The notes beneath the pieces were generated by a model, which had not been told where the DNA came from, made no database searches, and saw nothing but the letters and a program-made list of their open reading frames with translations. A stretch of 33,390 bases of DNA from Halocafeteria seosinensis (lineage: Eukaryota). A program made the position numbers and the translations under genes. Positions 22,800-33,390 of this stretch are shown here, one piece after another; within the stretch, counting starts at the first letter, position 1, and each line of letters starts with the position of its first letter. The stretch spans positions 186,001 through 219,390 of the forward strand of contig LVLI01000305.1 of the NCBI GenBank assembly GCA_001687465.1, read 5' to 3'.

Positions 22800-24080
22800 T
22801 CGTTATTAAAATGGCCGACGCTGCCGACCTGAGGATAATGATTGTTTGACAATTTAGGAGTAGACTTCCGCGGCTGGGAGTCTCCTGTGACTGCTCCAAC
22901 TCTTTCTCGGATACGGCTCCGCATTCTTGCAGTTACTATGTGATCCTCATTTGAGGTCTACGGTGGCAAAAGAATATATAAGAAGTGAGGATACGGTGTT
23001 GCTCCTGTAAACAACGTTGTTGGGTAAATGTAGGTTATGTGACATCAATCTTGATGGAGGCATGTTATTCACGTGCTCTTTGCTTACGGACCGTTCAAAC
23101 CAAATGTAGCACTTGAGCTGTCTAACTTGTACGATACTTTAAGCAACGCGTTAGTTGATCATGATCCCCGGAAAATTGTCAACGCTTTGACAAAGTATCT
23201 GGGTCTGGGCCAGATTCTCGGCGATGTAAACTTCAACTTATCCTGGCCTCTTAAATGGCCAGTGGCCACGCAAGCTGCTTAACTACGGCTTGGTAATTGA
23301 GCTTGATGTACGAAAGATATCTTTGTGGTACTGAGTCCATTTACTTGTCCACAACGACAGAGTGTTGTTCGTAGTTGCCTTCCACTGTTGCAATAGCCGG
23401 TTACAACGGCTACAACATTTGCAGGCTGGTTCAGAGGCTTAAAACGCATATCTAAATAGTACTCGTATCTGCTCCAAGGAACCAAGGACTTGGAGAAAGG
23501 AGGCCAGCATGTCGTCCCACGTGAAGAAGACGCAGAGATGGAAGCCAGGACAAGCCATTGGGGGAATGGAGGAAGAGACGGACCACAACCTCTTCCAATC
23601 GTTGATGAAGCAGAAAGAAGAAGAGCACAAAGAGCAAAGCGAAGTGTGTAGTCTCATTCAGAACATAACATAACGATGACTGACGTTGATAGTGTTTTTT
23701 TTAACTCATCTTCTTTTGATGACAGAGGAGATTCCGATTCAATTTGGCTGTGAAGCGTCAAAAACTCTATCAAGACAGGTTCCGGTTTATCGGGGATATT
23801 TACGTCAAGCACCTCAGGAAGATACGCTGGGTACAATCTCTTCAGCATGCATTCGAGATCCCCAGTAGTAACTCAGTCAACTTGGTCGAGCACCCGCACT
23901 TTTTGCCGGTGAAAGCCTTTTCTATGGCTATCAAGTATGCCGCCGGCTTCGACTTAACAGTTGCTGCCGACAAATACTTCGAAGAGTTCATCGACTGCTT
24001 ATGGAACACTTTCGACGTTTCCGTCAAACATACAGTTGACTACCGTGAAGTCGTATGCTTTTGGAGGTAGGCGGACATAA
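22800..24080 (-). CDS. Possible multi-exon hypothetical gene; structure unresolved
   Basis: Consecutive coding-like minus-strand segments (e.g. VTTGDLECMLKRLYPAYLPEVL, PSLPPFPQWLVLASIS) and some donor-like sites, but no fully consistent splice model found. Confidence 0.3.
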
Positions 24081-24438
24081 TGGACTGACATGCCGAGCTA
24101 TGAGGATACCACATGTTGACCTGCAGCTGCCTGAGAGCCAATAGCTACACAACTGCCACATCGTTGGTTTGGCAATGGTTTCGAGCGTACGATGGAGACC
24201 TATTGGGGGGAGTCACAAAGAAGAATGTAAGAAGCCCTTTAACACACTAGATTTGAGAGTCTTCTTGCTTACAATGATGACCGTCAACTACATGCAGTTC
24301 CTCCAGCTCATTTGCACCGTATGCGTTAACCAAGAAGAAGTCGATCGAGTTATGTCGCTGGTAAGCATTGGCATACTTGGATTGTTCCGCTGCGAGTACC
24401 ATTAACACTACACTGACTAACAATCAGATTAATTGGCC

Positions 24439-27400
24439 AATGTTAAAGCCACCCGTGCCCCCCTCCTACGGCAGTGATGTCTACGGGGGTGTCACCGATC
24501 CAAACGAGGTAACTGAGAGTATCCAAAGAAGAGATGAGAAGAAAAATTTCTAACCAGAATATCCGATTTGTTCTGAAACTCAGGCGGACTCAGATAGCGA
24601 TGACGCAATTGATCTTAAGTCTCTCGGGGAGGATGTAGATCGATATATCACCCGGCATGACACTACGGCAAATCAGCACACTTTACGTGCCCTGTCGCGA
24701 GCCCGACAGCAACGATTGAGCGTAACAAGAGAGTCCCGGAACATCAGACGGGGCCTCGTTCCTCGAGATACAGATCTGTTGATGGATGAGGAATACTTTG
24801 TTCCTGACGAATGGATAAATAAAAGGGCCGTGGGTCGAATGCTAGGTGTGCACTTTTGAGTTGGAAACAACTGCGCTTGCTGGATAGTTACCGTTCCTTT
24901 TGTATTGGCTACCGCAGGTACCTCTCTAGCACTGAAGCAGTATCTTGGAGAGTTATGGATGAAGCGATTGCCTCCTGTTCTGCGGAGCGTTCATCAGAGG
25001 GAACAACTGGAAAGGTAATGAGCAATGCATACAGGGGTAAAATAGCTACTAAGAACAGGTTTTGTTCTCTTCTCAGACTAATGGATCGAACAGAAAAACG
25101 AATGGCCAAGTTATATGATGAGTTGCAAAATCGTGACTCCACCCTCCTGTGGGAAAAACATACGCGCCGGAGAATGTAAATTAGTAATTAGAACCGGTTC
25201 AAACAATTTCTGAAAGTATGATGAGGGTAAAATTGAGACGCAGGTTTGACATTTGGAAGAAACAAGCCGGGGACACTGCAGGATTCAGGATCAGGGAGGA
25301 GCTATTTCAGAAGAAAAGGTGAGTAATATACAACGTCTGGAATCTAACAAAAACGTCCCCGAAAAATCACCGGGTAAACTCTCGATGCTTTGCAGGGTCA
25401 TTAAGCGATGGTTCGCTCAGACTGCCGTAGCGACAATTACGAAATCTCGTGTCCGGGTCATCCAACTCAAGACCATAGAGAAATACACCTCAATGTGTTT
25501 TGATGCGTGGAAGCGTTTTTTGGAAATAGAGAGAAGACAGTACGTAAAACTGCACAGCAATACTAGTGTCTGTTCAATTAGCGTCCCCGCCGATGCAGGT
25601 CTAAGCTACATGTGGAGAAAGCTGCACTTCTGTACGATGTTATGATAAAGGAAAGATACTTCACACTTCTGCGTTTTAATCGCTTGGAAAAGCGGGCTGA
25701 TATGCATCATGCAAAGGCATCTATTAAGAATTGTTTTAGGTTCTGGGTTTTGGCGAGACCGGCTCTCAGGTAAGTCTTAAGTTGCGCAGAAATCGTGTAG
25801 TGTTGTGACTGACTCCTTGTCGTGCAGAGCCGACAAGAAACTGGAAGCTCAAAGAAAAATATCTCTTAGAGAGAGGGGAAATCTGGCTGAGCTTTCAACC
25901 GAGGGAAGGGACCAAACAGTAGGTTTCCCACCTCACTTAGCTGAGGACCAATGACTACATTAGGTAGTTTCGGTATTGCAGGAGATTTCGTCACAGCAAC
26001 TTGCTGCTAGGCACGAACGCGAAGCTGCTATAAGCGATTTACATTGGGAAGAGCTTCAGGAGCAGTCCCTTCATCAAACCGAAAAGTGTAAGGGCAAGCC
26101 AGGCATATGAAAACCGCCGTCGGTACATGAAAACCGGATGCTCTCTGTATTTCAATCGCAGTGTATGAGCAGGAAGAAAGGCACAAGCAAGAGCAACAAG
26201 AACGTGCGCAACTGCTTCTGTCGAGACAGAAGAAGCAAATAAAGATCAGAATCTCGACTGAATTAAATACGTTGTTACAAAATCACGAGGAGAAGTGGAC
26301 CAGGTAACCTCTCAGATCAAGCACCGGAAGGCACAACGGTATTGCTAGAATCTGTTTCACTGTATTTACAGAGTTTATGCCCAAGTTAGAGAATCCGTGA
26401 TTGAGTCCGTGAAAAAGCAAGCGAAACAAGACAAAGGGTTCAAGCGGAGAGTGAAGAAACGAGCACTGGAAATACTGTCCGCCTCCTCACTAGATGAGCT
26501 CCATCAAGTAAGAGAAGCGCTGTGCACTTGTTAGACGAACGCAGTTGCATTACTTCCATGTTACAGCCCCATTCGGAATTTTATCCTAGCTTGAAGGTCG
26601 ACGATGGCTCATTCCTAATGACCAACCAGAAAACAGGCCGTGTGGTATGTCGTCTTGTATCATATAGCTTGCCTTATGCCCTTGCGACAGGTATCACTTA
26701 TACTTTTACTGTACAGATCAACCTCGATAGGGCTAATGAAGCGGACGGCTTTCAAGTAGCGGTTTCCCATGTTGCAGCTGAGGCATTAGAGGAGAGACTG
26801 GAACAGCTCGAGCAGGAGAAGAAACAAGAGTACCAACACCTTTTGCATGATTACTATGCTCGAAGAATACAAGGATGGTGGAAAACGCGAATGGCAAGAG
26901 AAGGGATTGTGGCAAAGCTCAGACCTGAATTTGAGCTCCTCATCGATCCTTATACAGGTCAGTTGCTCAAATACTCCGCTTCCATCTGCGTTCATAAAGG
27001 ATTAAAACATATCATCATGGCACAGGAAACACAACGTATCTGCATTCTGTTACTCAAATGTACTTTGATCACAAGCCGTCTGTCCTCGGAAGTGTTGAGA
27101 TCCGCACTTTGCCGTTGGCATGGAAGCGCATCGATCCGAGTAAGCCTACTATGCACCGTTTGAATCGCCAAATAACTTGAGCGGACCCATATCAACTTTT
27201 GCAGTAACCAATCAGCTGTACTACGAATTGAAGCGGATTCGCTGGAAAACTTTCCCTCACCCACCCCAAGGATATCTAATGTGTATGGCTTGTGGAGAAG
27301 AATTAGCGGATAGGAGGTGCGAGGAGAGCGGTTGCGACGAGTGGGCTTACTGTTATTATTGTTGGTACTCGTATCATCCGCAAAATGACCCCCAATGGAC

Positions 27401-27646
27401 ATCTCATCAGGTACGCACAATCAACTGAATGCAAGAGGTGCAACTGTTCCTTATTCTTTGTGACTTGAAACGCAGTTTCGTCGCATTGAAGTAGTTAGGA
27501 GTCGATGCTCAATATTTCCCAACCTTTATGCTCGTTATATTCTCTGGGACCCCCAGGCAAAATATCAAACTGTTAGCGAAGAAGGGTATGTCGAGATTCT
27601 GAAGCAGCGACCGGAACTTGCGGAGGTGACCGCTGTGCCTTTCTAA
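24439..27646 (+). CDS. Intron-rich coiled-coil/IQ/WW/B-box-like zinc finger protein (about 16 exons)
   Basis: About 15 short GT-AG introns give one continuous frame (e.g. 24509-24583, 24846-24917, 25015-25076, 25176-25243 ... 27411-27475). IQGWWKTRMAR; DPYTGNTTYLHSVT..KPSVLG; PPQGYLMCMAC..C..C..CYYCWYSYH..H. Confidence 0.8.
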
Positions 27647-28309
27647 GAACGATTCTTACCGTTTGTGGTATCTTGTTGCCCGGAATCCCGTTGGCAATAA
27701 AAAAGTAAAGGTACAAAGCTTTACGTACAGTGTACCACCAAGGTTCTTGGGGAACTTGGCTTATGTAACATCATGCTGGATGCGGTTGCAACTGGTAGGT
27801 TTGACTCGCGTTCCTTCGCTTGCGTTCTGTGTGAGCTCTGAGTTGTCGCCCTACAAAACAATGGTGTCCGGTTGCAGAGTTAAATTCTAGGGGCCGTACT
27901 AAGTAATTACACTGCCGGGTAGACCTTATGCATCCTTTTAACTTCTGCGTTGTGCGTTCATTCAATCGCAATACATTAGCTACATCAGTGAAGCGATGTC
28001 AAAACTTGACAGTCAAGTCCAGAGTTGTGTGTGTATTTACAGTACAATTGTAGTGTTGTACAAGTGCCCTGGCATATGTCTGGACCGATTTTCCGCAAGG
28101 TTTCGCGCCAATTTTCTCAAAGATTTTAGCGTATCTTCACAAAAGCATAATCATCTGGAGGGCCGTATCTTTGACATGCGTACCGTATTTTTTGCACTAA
28201 AAACAGCGCCAGAATCAGCGTTTTCGGGCGATTCCAGTGGCGAAGTCTGCTTCCCGCACAGTACAATCATTTCTGTGGGATAGCCACCGAAGAATCGGCG
28301 AAGATTCAA

Positions 28310-28796
28310 ACAGCCGAGCAAGCAACAAGTTGCTTCGAGCCTAGGGATGGCCGTGGTGATCAACCCATCTGGAAGTAATGCACGCGCAGCATGACGTTTT
28401 CACCAATCCGCGAGAAAGAAATAAGGGCTGTGTAGTGGGCAGTGGTCGGTGAATCGGTGTAATATTGGTATAGAGCCAATTAGCAGTGCTAATTGACTAC
28501 CGGTAACCTTGAATGCAGGCTAGTGACCCGTCATCTTCTAAGAGCCTCATGAGAACTCGAACGTCCCGACACTTCGAACAGAAGAGACGGCCAGTTTGAG
28601 ACGACTCCTTGCATTTCTGACTGGTGTCCAACTTTTGCGCACCGATAGACACCATGCAATTCGGGAAAGCTCTTCGAATGGATGAGAGGACATGGTCTGC
28701 AGGTGGAACGGGAAGTGCCCCTGAGAAGGATACTCAATGAAGTCAGCAACGCACCTGAACCTAGTCTTCATACTGCATGGTCTGATGTCACAGTGG
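28310..28796 (+). repeat. Direct repeat copy 1 (at least 487 bp)
   Basis: Matches 32911-33390 apart from about 3 substitutions and one 7-nt indel (near 28439-28445). Confidence 0.97.
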
Positions 28797-30800
28797 TAAA
28801 TGGAAACACCGACGTCAAAAGAGCCAGCGGGGAACAGCACCCGGCAGATGCAGCTGCAGCCGTCAAACAATCAAAATATGCAGTAGTAGTATGTATTATT
28901 TAAGGCCTACCGGCTAAGTGGAAATGTAGTTGGGGGATCTTCACGCCGTCGAAGATCTCCCCAGGGCCCTCCTGCATTGCCTACCGCTGCGCTCACCAAC
29001 ACTAGGACTCTTTGTGAGTATGAGGTTCTTCACACGTATCCTTTCGGAGCGCCTTGGGCCACGTTCCTCCGGAGTGGGCTGGCTATTCGCCACCAGGCCT
29101 TCTTGTTCTGCGATTGCCTCGTCAGTCTCCCCCGTTCCTGGTGTTGCTGCTTCTGCTCTGCTCCTAAAGTCCTGCATGAGCCTCTCGAATCCTACAACCC
29201 CAAAGTCCAGCCGTAGATCATCCGCCGCGTGCTAAGTGAAGTCTTCGCTGCTCAGGTTTCCCTCCCACTCTATAAGGCACAAATCGTTCTCCTCGTCGAA
29301 GTGGACAATTCGCGTGGCCTTCCTGTTCCTATACTCCTGCATATATTGCTCGAATCCTTCAACCCCAAAGTCCAGACGTAGGCCCTCGGCGGACTGCCAT
29401 GTGAAGTCTACGCTGTTCGGGTGTCCCACCCATTCGACAAGACACTCGTCGTTCTCCTCGTCAACTTCCACGAAGCACTCCCTCAACATTGGGAGCGGAC
29501 AATCCCTCCTCATTCAATGCAGAGTATTCTGCCGGCTCATCAGGTACTCTGAAGGAGGCGTCTTTGGCCAACTGATCCGCATCTCCGTTCCCTGCTCGCC
29601 TGAAGAATAGCAGCTCCACCGACGATACAAACGGTACGGCCTTAAGGAAGAGTAGATCGGCTCTGGCCCTCTCCATCAGTGGTTTGAGCTCCTTTTTCCT
29701 GCAGCCGATTTCTCCCAACACTTGCTTGGCAGCAGTCTGTGAGTCCGTTTCCAATCGCACCATCGTTGGGACTTGAATGTCCTGCATCGCCTGATGTGCA
29801 AGCTTCAATGCCTTGATCATTCCTTCATATTCGGCCTCCATACTGGTCCGTTTGGCCCCAAGGTATTGTGACCACCTCTGCAGAACCACCGGCTGTGCCC
29901 CTGGTGCACTGACGTGGTAAGACACTGCCCCAGCCCCTGCGTGACCGGGATTACCCCGAGAAGCCCCGTCAGACCTACATAGGATGCCAGCGAAGTCCGC
30001 CATGCTGTCTCTCACCGCCGGTAAGTAACCCATGCGCAACCAGCGTGCCGGGATCCAGGTACCCTCCTGCAGTGGCCACAACGAGCCCCATGCCAGCCGG
30101 TTCCAATCTTCCCAGCTGCTCCGATTGGGACTCGGTTGGCCCAACATCGTCAGAAGGAGAAGACACCACACATGCGGTCAATGTTGCTAACCAGAAAGGT
30201 GTTTTCGTTCCGGCTGCCATTGAAGCGTACGGTGGCTTCTCCAAGACATTGTTGGACCTGGTGGATGGCCTGACTGAAGCCGTGGTGCCGCTAGGTGCCT
30301 CTCCTTATGTGAAAGCTTGTGAAAAAACAAAAGCTCATCTCCTCTCTCGGGGTTACGCTGGTCAAGTGCCAGTGCAACATGGTGGACTCCTTTTACGGAT
30401 CATTTCACTTCACTACCCGGATAGAGGGCATCCCAATGGTGAGGAGCGCAGAGATTAGGTTCATACGCAGGGCTTCAAACTCGGCTGCGACCGGTTGGCT
30501 AAGACCGCGTCAAACAAGCCAACTAATGGTTCCTCTTGCTTAGACTGGCCGCCTAGAGCTACGCACACGATAGATGATGTTGAGAGGTTTATCGACTTCA
30601 GGCTCCACGACAAGCGGATCTTCTTCCACTGGAAGGGCTACCCATAGGCAGCTCGGACGTGGGCACCGGTTTCGTGGCTTCAGAAAGACCTGGGCAGCCG
30701 CACCTTCTTCGACCTCGACCAGGAGATGTACTTCAATCTGGGCTATGTTGACGATACTGAGGTGGACGGAGCTCCTGGGGAGCCACCTCCCGCGCAGGTG
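28600..30800 (+). mobile_element. Decayed CRE-like non-LTR retrotransposon 3' part (restriction-like endonuclease plus chromodomain), interrupted at 28885-30171
   Basis: Across frameshifts: RHHAIRE/KLFEWMRGHGLQVEREVP..WSDVTVV..AAAAVKQSKYAV, then after the insertion NVANQKGVFVPAAIEAYGGFS..LISSLGVTLVKCQ. Then chromodomain-like VERFIDFR..FHWKGYP*AARTWAPVSWL (about 30570-30730). Confidence 0.7.
28885..30171 (-). mobile_element. Nested 5'-truncated retroelement fragment: archaeal-type RNase H plus two tandem chromodomains (pseudogenised)
   Basis: RNase H DGASRGNPGHAGAG, EAEYEG, ETDSQ, RRAGNGDADQLA. Chromodomains CLVEWVGHPNSVDFTWQSAEGL and CLIEWEGNLSSEDFT*HAADDL. Flanked by ATGCAGT/ATGCGGT, with a short (ACT)n tail at its 3' end. 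Confidence 0.75.
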
Positions 30801-31115
30801 GTGGCTTGTTATTGGTCACAACTGTTGAGTCTGGACCAACACTTAATCCTGCCTGCGCTGCTGCAACCGGTCCTGGCGTCGGGGTAGGCTCAGGGTCTTC
30901 ACCTGCCAGATTGAGCCTTGACGGTACCCCTGACATCGTGGGCGCAGGCATGGCTCCTCCTCCGATGCCTCCTGAGCAAAACCAGTGTTGTGTGCCCTCA
31001 CGGAGCATGTCAGCAAGGCTGCAGGAACAGCGGGCCCGTCGCTGCTTAACACGGGCGCATACCGCTCCGGTTAGGATGCGGTCAATTTCCCGGCCGGCGG
31101 GCTATCTGTCCCATT

Positions 31116-31132
31116 TGTGTGTGTGTGTGTGT
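31116..31132 (+). repeat. (TG)8 microsatellite, possibly the 3' tail of the host retroelement
   Basis: tgtgtgtgtgtgtgtgt seen directly. Confidence 0.8.
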
Positions 31133-31429
31133 ACTTTCTTATTGAGAACATTTACAAGGAAGAGTCTTAGGCAATAGCAGATGGACCAGTTTCTCCGGCT
31201 CCCTTGACACAGAGGACGCGCTCATTTCCGGTTCGAGAGGGAACCTGGCTGCGGTCATCTTTACCCTGTCCTCAAATTGCGTGAAGCTGTGGTCACTGAG
31301 AATATGCAACAGTACTGCTAAAGGATAGCAGGATCCACACATCCCTGCAATATGCATACACATATATGGTATATGTGACTCGAGATGGATAGTGCGCGTT
31401 CCCACAATCCCTTCTGGGGCAATTGCATC

Positions 31430-31730
31430 CAGAATGGGGGCGGAGGCGGCTATATTGATCGGAGGCAAAACATACTACAGTGCGCTGGGGTTCCGTCCTG
31501 GATTGGATTTTGATACCATAAAACGCCTCAGTGGCGACGAACCCTCACCTCCGTGTATACTGAATCTCATACTTATTGACGAGAAGTCAATGCTGGTGAT
31601 AATTCTTTGGAAAGTTTCGATCGGTTCCTGAAAATCAAGCCGCTACTATATTTGGTGGGGTATCGATCGTAACGAGTGGAAACTGTTGCCAGCTGGCCCC
31701 AGTGGGTTGCCCGACCGTACTTTGTCATAA
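31430..31730 (+). pseudogene. PIF1-family helicase remnant (Helitron-like or viral origin)
   Basis: GAEAAILIGGKTYYSALG (motifs Ia/Ib), LILIDEKSML (motif II), then in a shifted frame IFGGVSIVTSGNCCQLAPVG (degenerate motif III). No Walker A motif seen. Confidence 0.75.
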
Positions 31731-31997
31731 GTGCTAAGCTCACTCCTTTGGGTGCTCCTGGAGGAATGCCCGCTCTAACATCGGAACAGTTTGAAATCGT
31801 TCGCCCACGGCTCGGGCGGGTGGGAGGATTCTCGGTTGAAGTTCATGCCGGTCGAGCTGCCACTATACATAGGTCAGCGGCGATGCATGGTCACCAAGAA
31901 TATCAACCAATTTGCCGGTATAGTGAATGGACTATAGTGGAAGTGGTCGGTTTTGTTTGGCACGATGCTCAGGCGCCACCCGTAACCGACTTTCTGA

Positions 31998-32519
31998 CTA
32001 CCCTTCCAGACATTGGAATCGGTCCTCAGCTCGTTCTGTAGGGACGCATTGCTCTTTTCGGATACTAATGAGTTTTACGAAAGCGGTGGATTTCCTGGAT
32101 ACCCGAGAACGACCAACGTCGCACACGTAAACCTCAGTATGCAGAGATGGGTTGACACGCCAAAATGTCCGAATCAAGTTCTTCTCCTTGACATCTTTAT
32201 CATAGCGTTCATTCACAAACTTTACCGCGTACCGTGGATCGTTGAACAAGGGAGACGTTTGCTTGGAGTCCAATCCATGACCTACTTTGCCTAGAATCCA
32301 CATGTCGTCTCCAGGTTTCTGAGCAACAAAATGCACTTCTTCCTGTGCAGGACATACAGTAACCTTCAATCCTCTTGCTTCCAGAAACGCAGCTACCCGA
32401 ACAATCGCTTCCTGACCACTCTTCTCTCGACCCGTTATATTCACGTTTTGCAGCCTTACCGAGCCTAGGCCTTTTGTATCCATGATAGGCCACATAGGGG
32501 TTCCCAACGCAGCCGCCAT
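31998..32519 (-). CDS. Hypothetical 173-aa ORF, possible degenerate PD-(D/E)XK fold
   Basis: ATG in GCCATGG-like context (ACATGG). Pattern G.EA..VAAFLEARGLKV..VHFVAQKP..WILGKV. Confidence 0.35.
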   Translation of the reverse strand: MAAALGTPMWPIMDTKGLGSVRLQNVNITGREKSGQEAIVRVAAFLEARGLKVTVCPAQEEVHFVAQKPGDDMWILGKVGHGLDSKQTSPLFNDPRYAVKFVNERYDKDVKEKNLIRTFWRVNPSLHTEVYVCDVGRSRVSRKSTAFVKLISIRKEQCVPTERAEDRFQCLEG

Positions 32520-32910
32520 GTTACGCGATTGTGAGATCTCCAGTCCGTCAAACTACTTGTATCGGGTCGGAACGATGTTGGATGAATTTACCTCAGGTCT
32601 AATTTCGTTTGCCAGCCAGTGCGAAAAATAGGCCAATCGAGGCTTTTCTTTTCCTTCCCCACCTTTTTCGCAGAGACTTCAAAATCCACAGTGATAGCAT
32701 TTTGCTAATGCTAAAGCATGCACACAGAGAACCCTTAGAAATACAAACCGAGTCCTTGGGGTGTGTTAAACACTGTGTTTTTTGCCTTGAACTTCCGGAA
32801 TCCGGACTGGAAGCCTTCAACAAAACAAACATTCTTTAGGAACATTCTTTGAATTTCTTTCCCTCAGCAGGGCCTCAGGATCGATTCGCTTGAAGCATGC
32901 TTCAAGCAGG

Positions 32911-33390
32911 ACAGCCGAGCAAGCAACAAGTTGCTTCGAGCCTAGGGATGGCCGTGGTGATCAACCCATCTGGAAGTAGTGCACGCGCAGCATGACGTTT
33001 TCACCAATCCGCGAGAAAGAAATAAGGGCTGTGTAGTGGTCGGTGAGTCGGTGCAATATTGGTATAGAGCCAATTAGCAGTGCTAATTGACTACCGGTAA
33101 CCTTGAATGCAGGCTAGTGACCCGTCATCTTCTAAGAGCCTCATGAGAACTCGAACGTCCCGACACTTCGAACAGAAGAGACGGCCAGTTTGAGACGACT
33201 CCTTGCATTTCTGACTGGTGTCCAACTTTTGCGCACCGATAGACACCATGCAATTCGGGAAAGCTCTTCGAATGGATGAGAGGACATGGTCTGCAGGTGG
33301 AACGGGAAGTGCCCCTGAGAAGGATACTCAATGAAGTCAGCAACGCACCTGAACCTAGTCTTCATACTGCATGGTCTGATGTCACAGTGG
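32911..33390 (+). repeat. Direct repeat copy 2 (runs off the window end)
   Basis: Near-identical to 28310-28796. Confidence 0.97.

Noticed and set aside
28715..28770. TPP riboswitch-like words (CTGAGA..GAACCT)
   Set aside because: Spacing and stems do not fit, and it lies within the retroelement coding remnant.
28310..33390. LTR retrotransposon bounded by the two direct repeats
   Set aside because: Repeats do not start with TG, themselves contain RLE coding remnants, and no gag/protease/RT/integrase lies between them.
1..33390. CRISPR arrays, tRNA/rRNA genes, prokaryotic operons, alternative genetic code; most short antisense ORFs in the track
   Set aside because: None seen. Genes are spliced and use standard stops; the short ORFs are shadows of real genes or intron read-through.

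Overview
Compact, gene-dense eukaryotic DNA with short (mostly 50-85 nt) GT-AG introns, probably a protist (stramenopile-like by inference). Bases 1-27.7 kb hold housekeeping genes: ASH2-like SPRY, RPS10, two IQ/WW/B-box proteins, polyprenol reductase, SEC61A, crooked neck, an LRR protein, an intronless bacterial-like Cys/Met PLP enzyme, an RCC1-repeat protein and SURF6. Bases 28.3-33.4 kb are decayed, nested mobile elements. A CRE-like non-LTR element (restriction-like endonuclease plus chromodomain) is interrupted by an inverted, 5'-truncated insert encoding an archaeal-type RNase H and two chromodomains. A PIF1 helicase remnant and a second copy of the host fragment follow. Most notable: this nested chromodomain-bearing non-LTR system, a candidate U12-type intron plus 7-nt microexon at the SEC61A 3' end, a SEC61A start codon split by a 415-nt intron, and several unusually long structured introns. 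Gene models were read by eye; family calls are motif recognition, not database hits.
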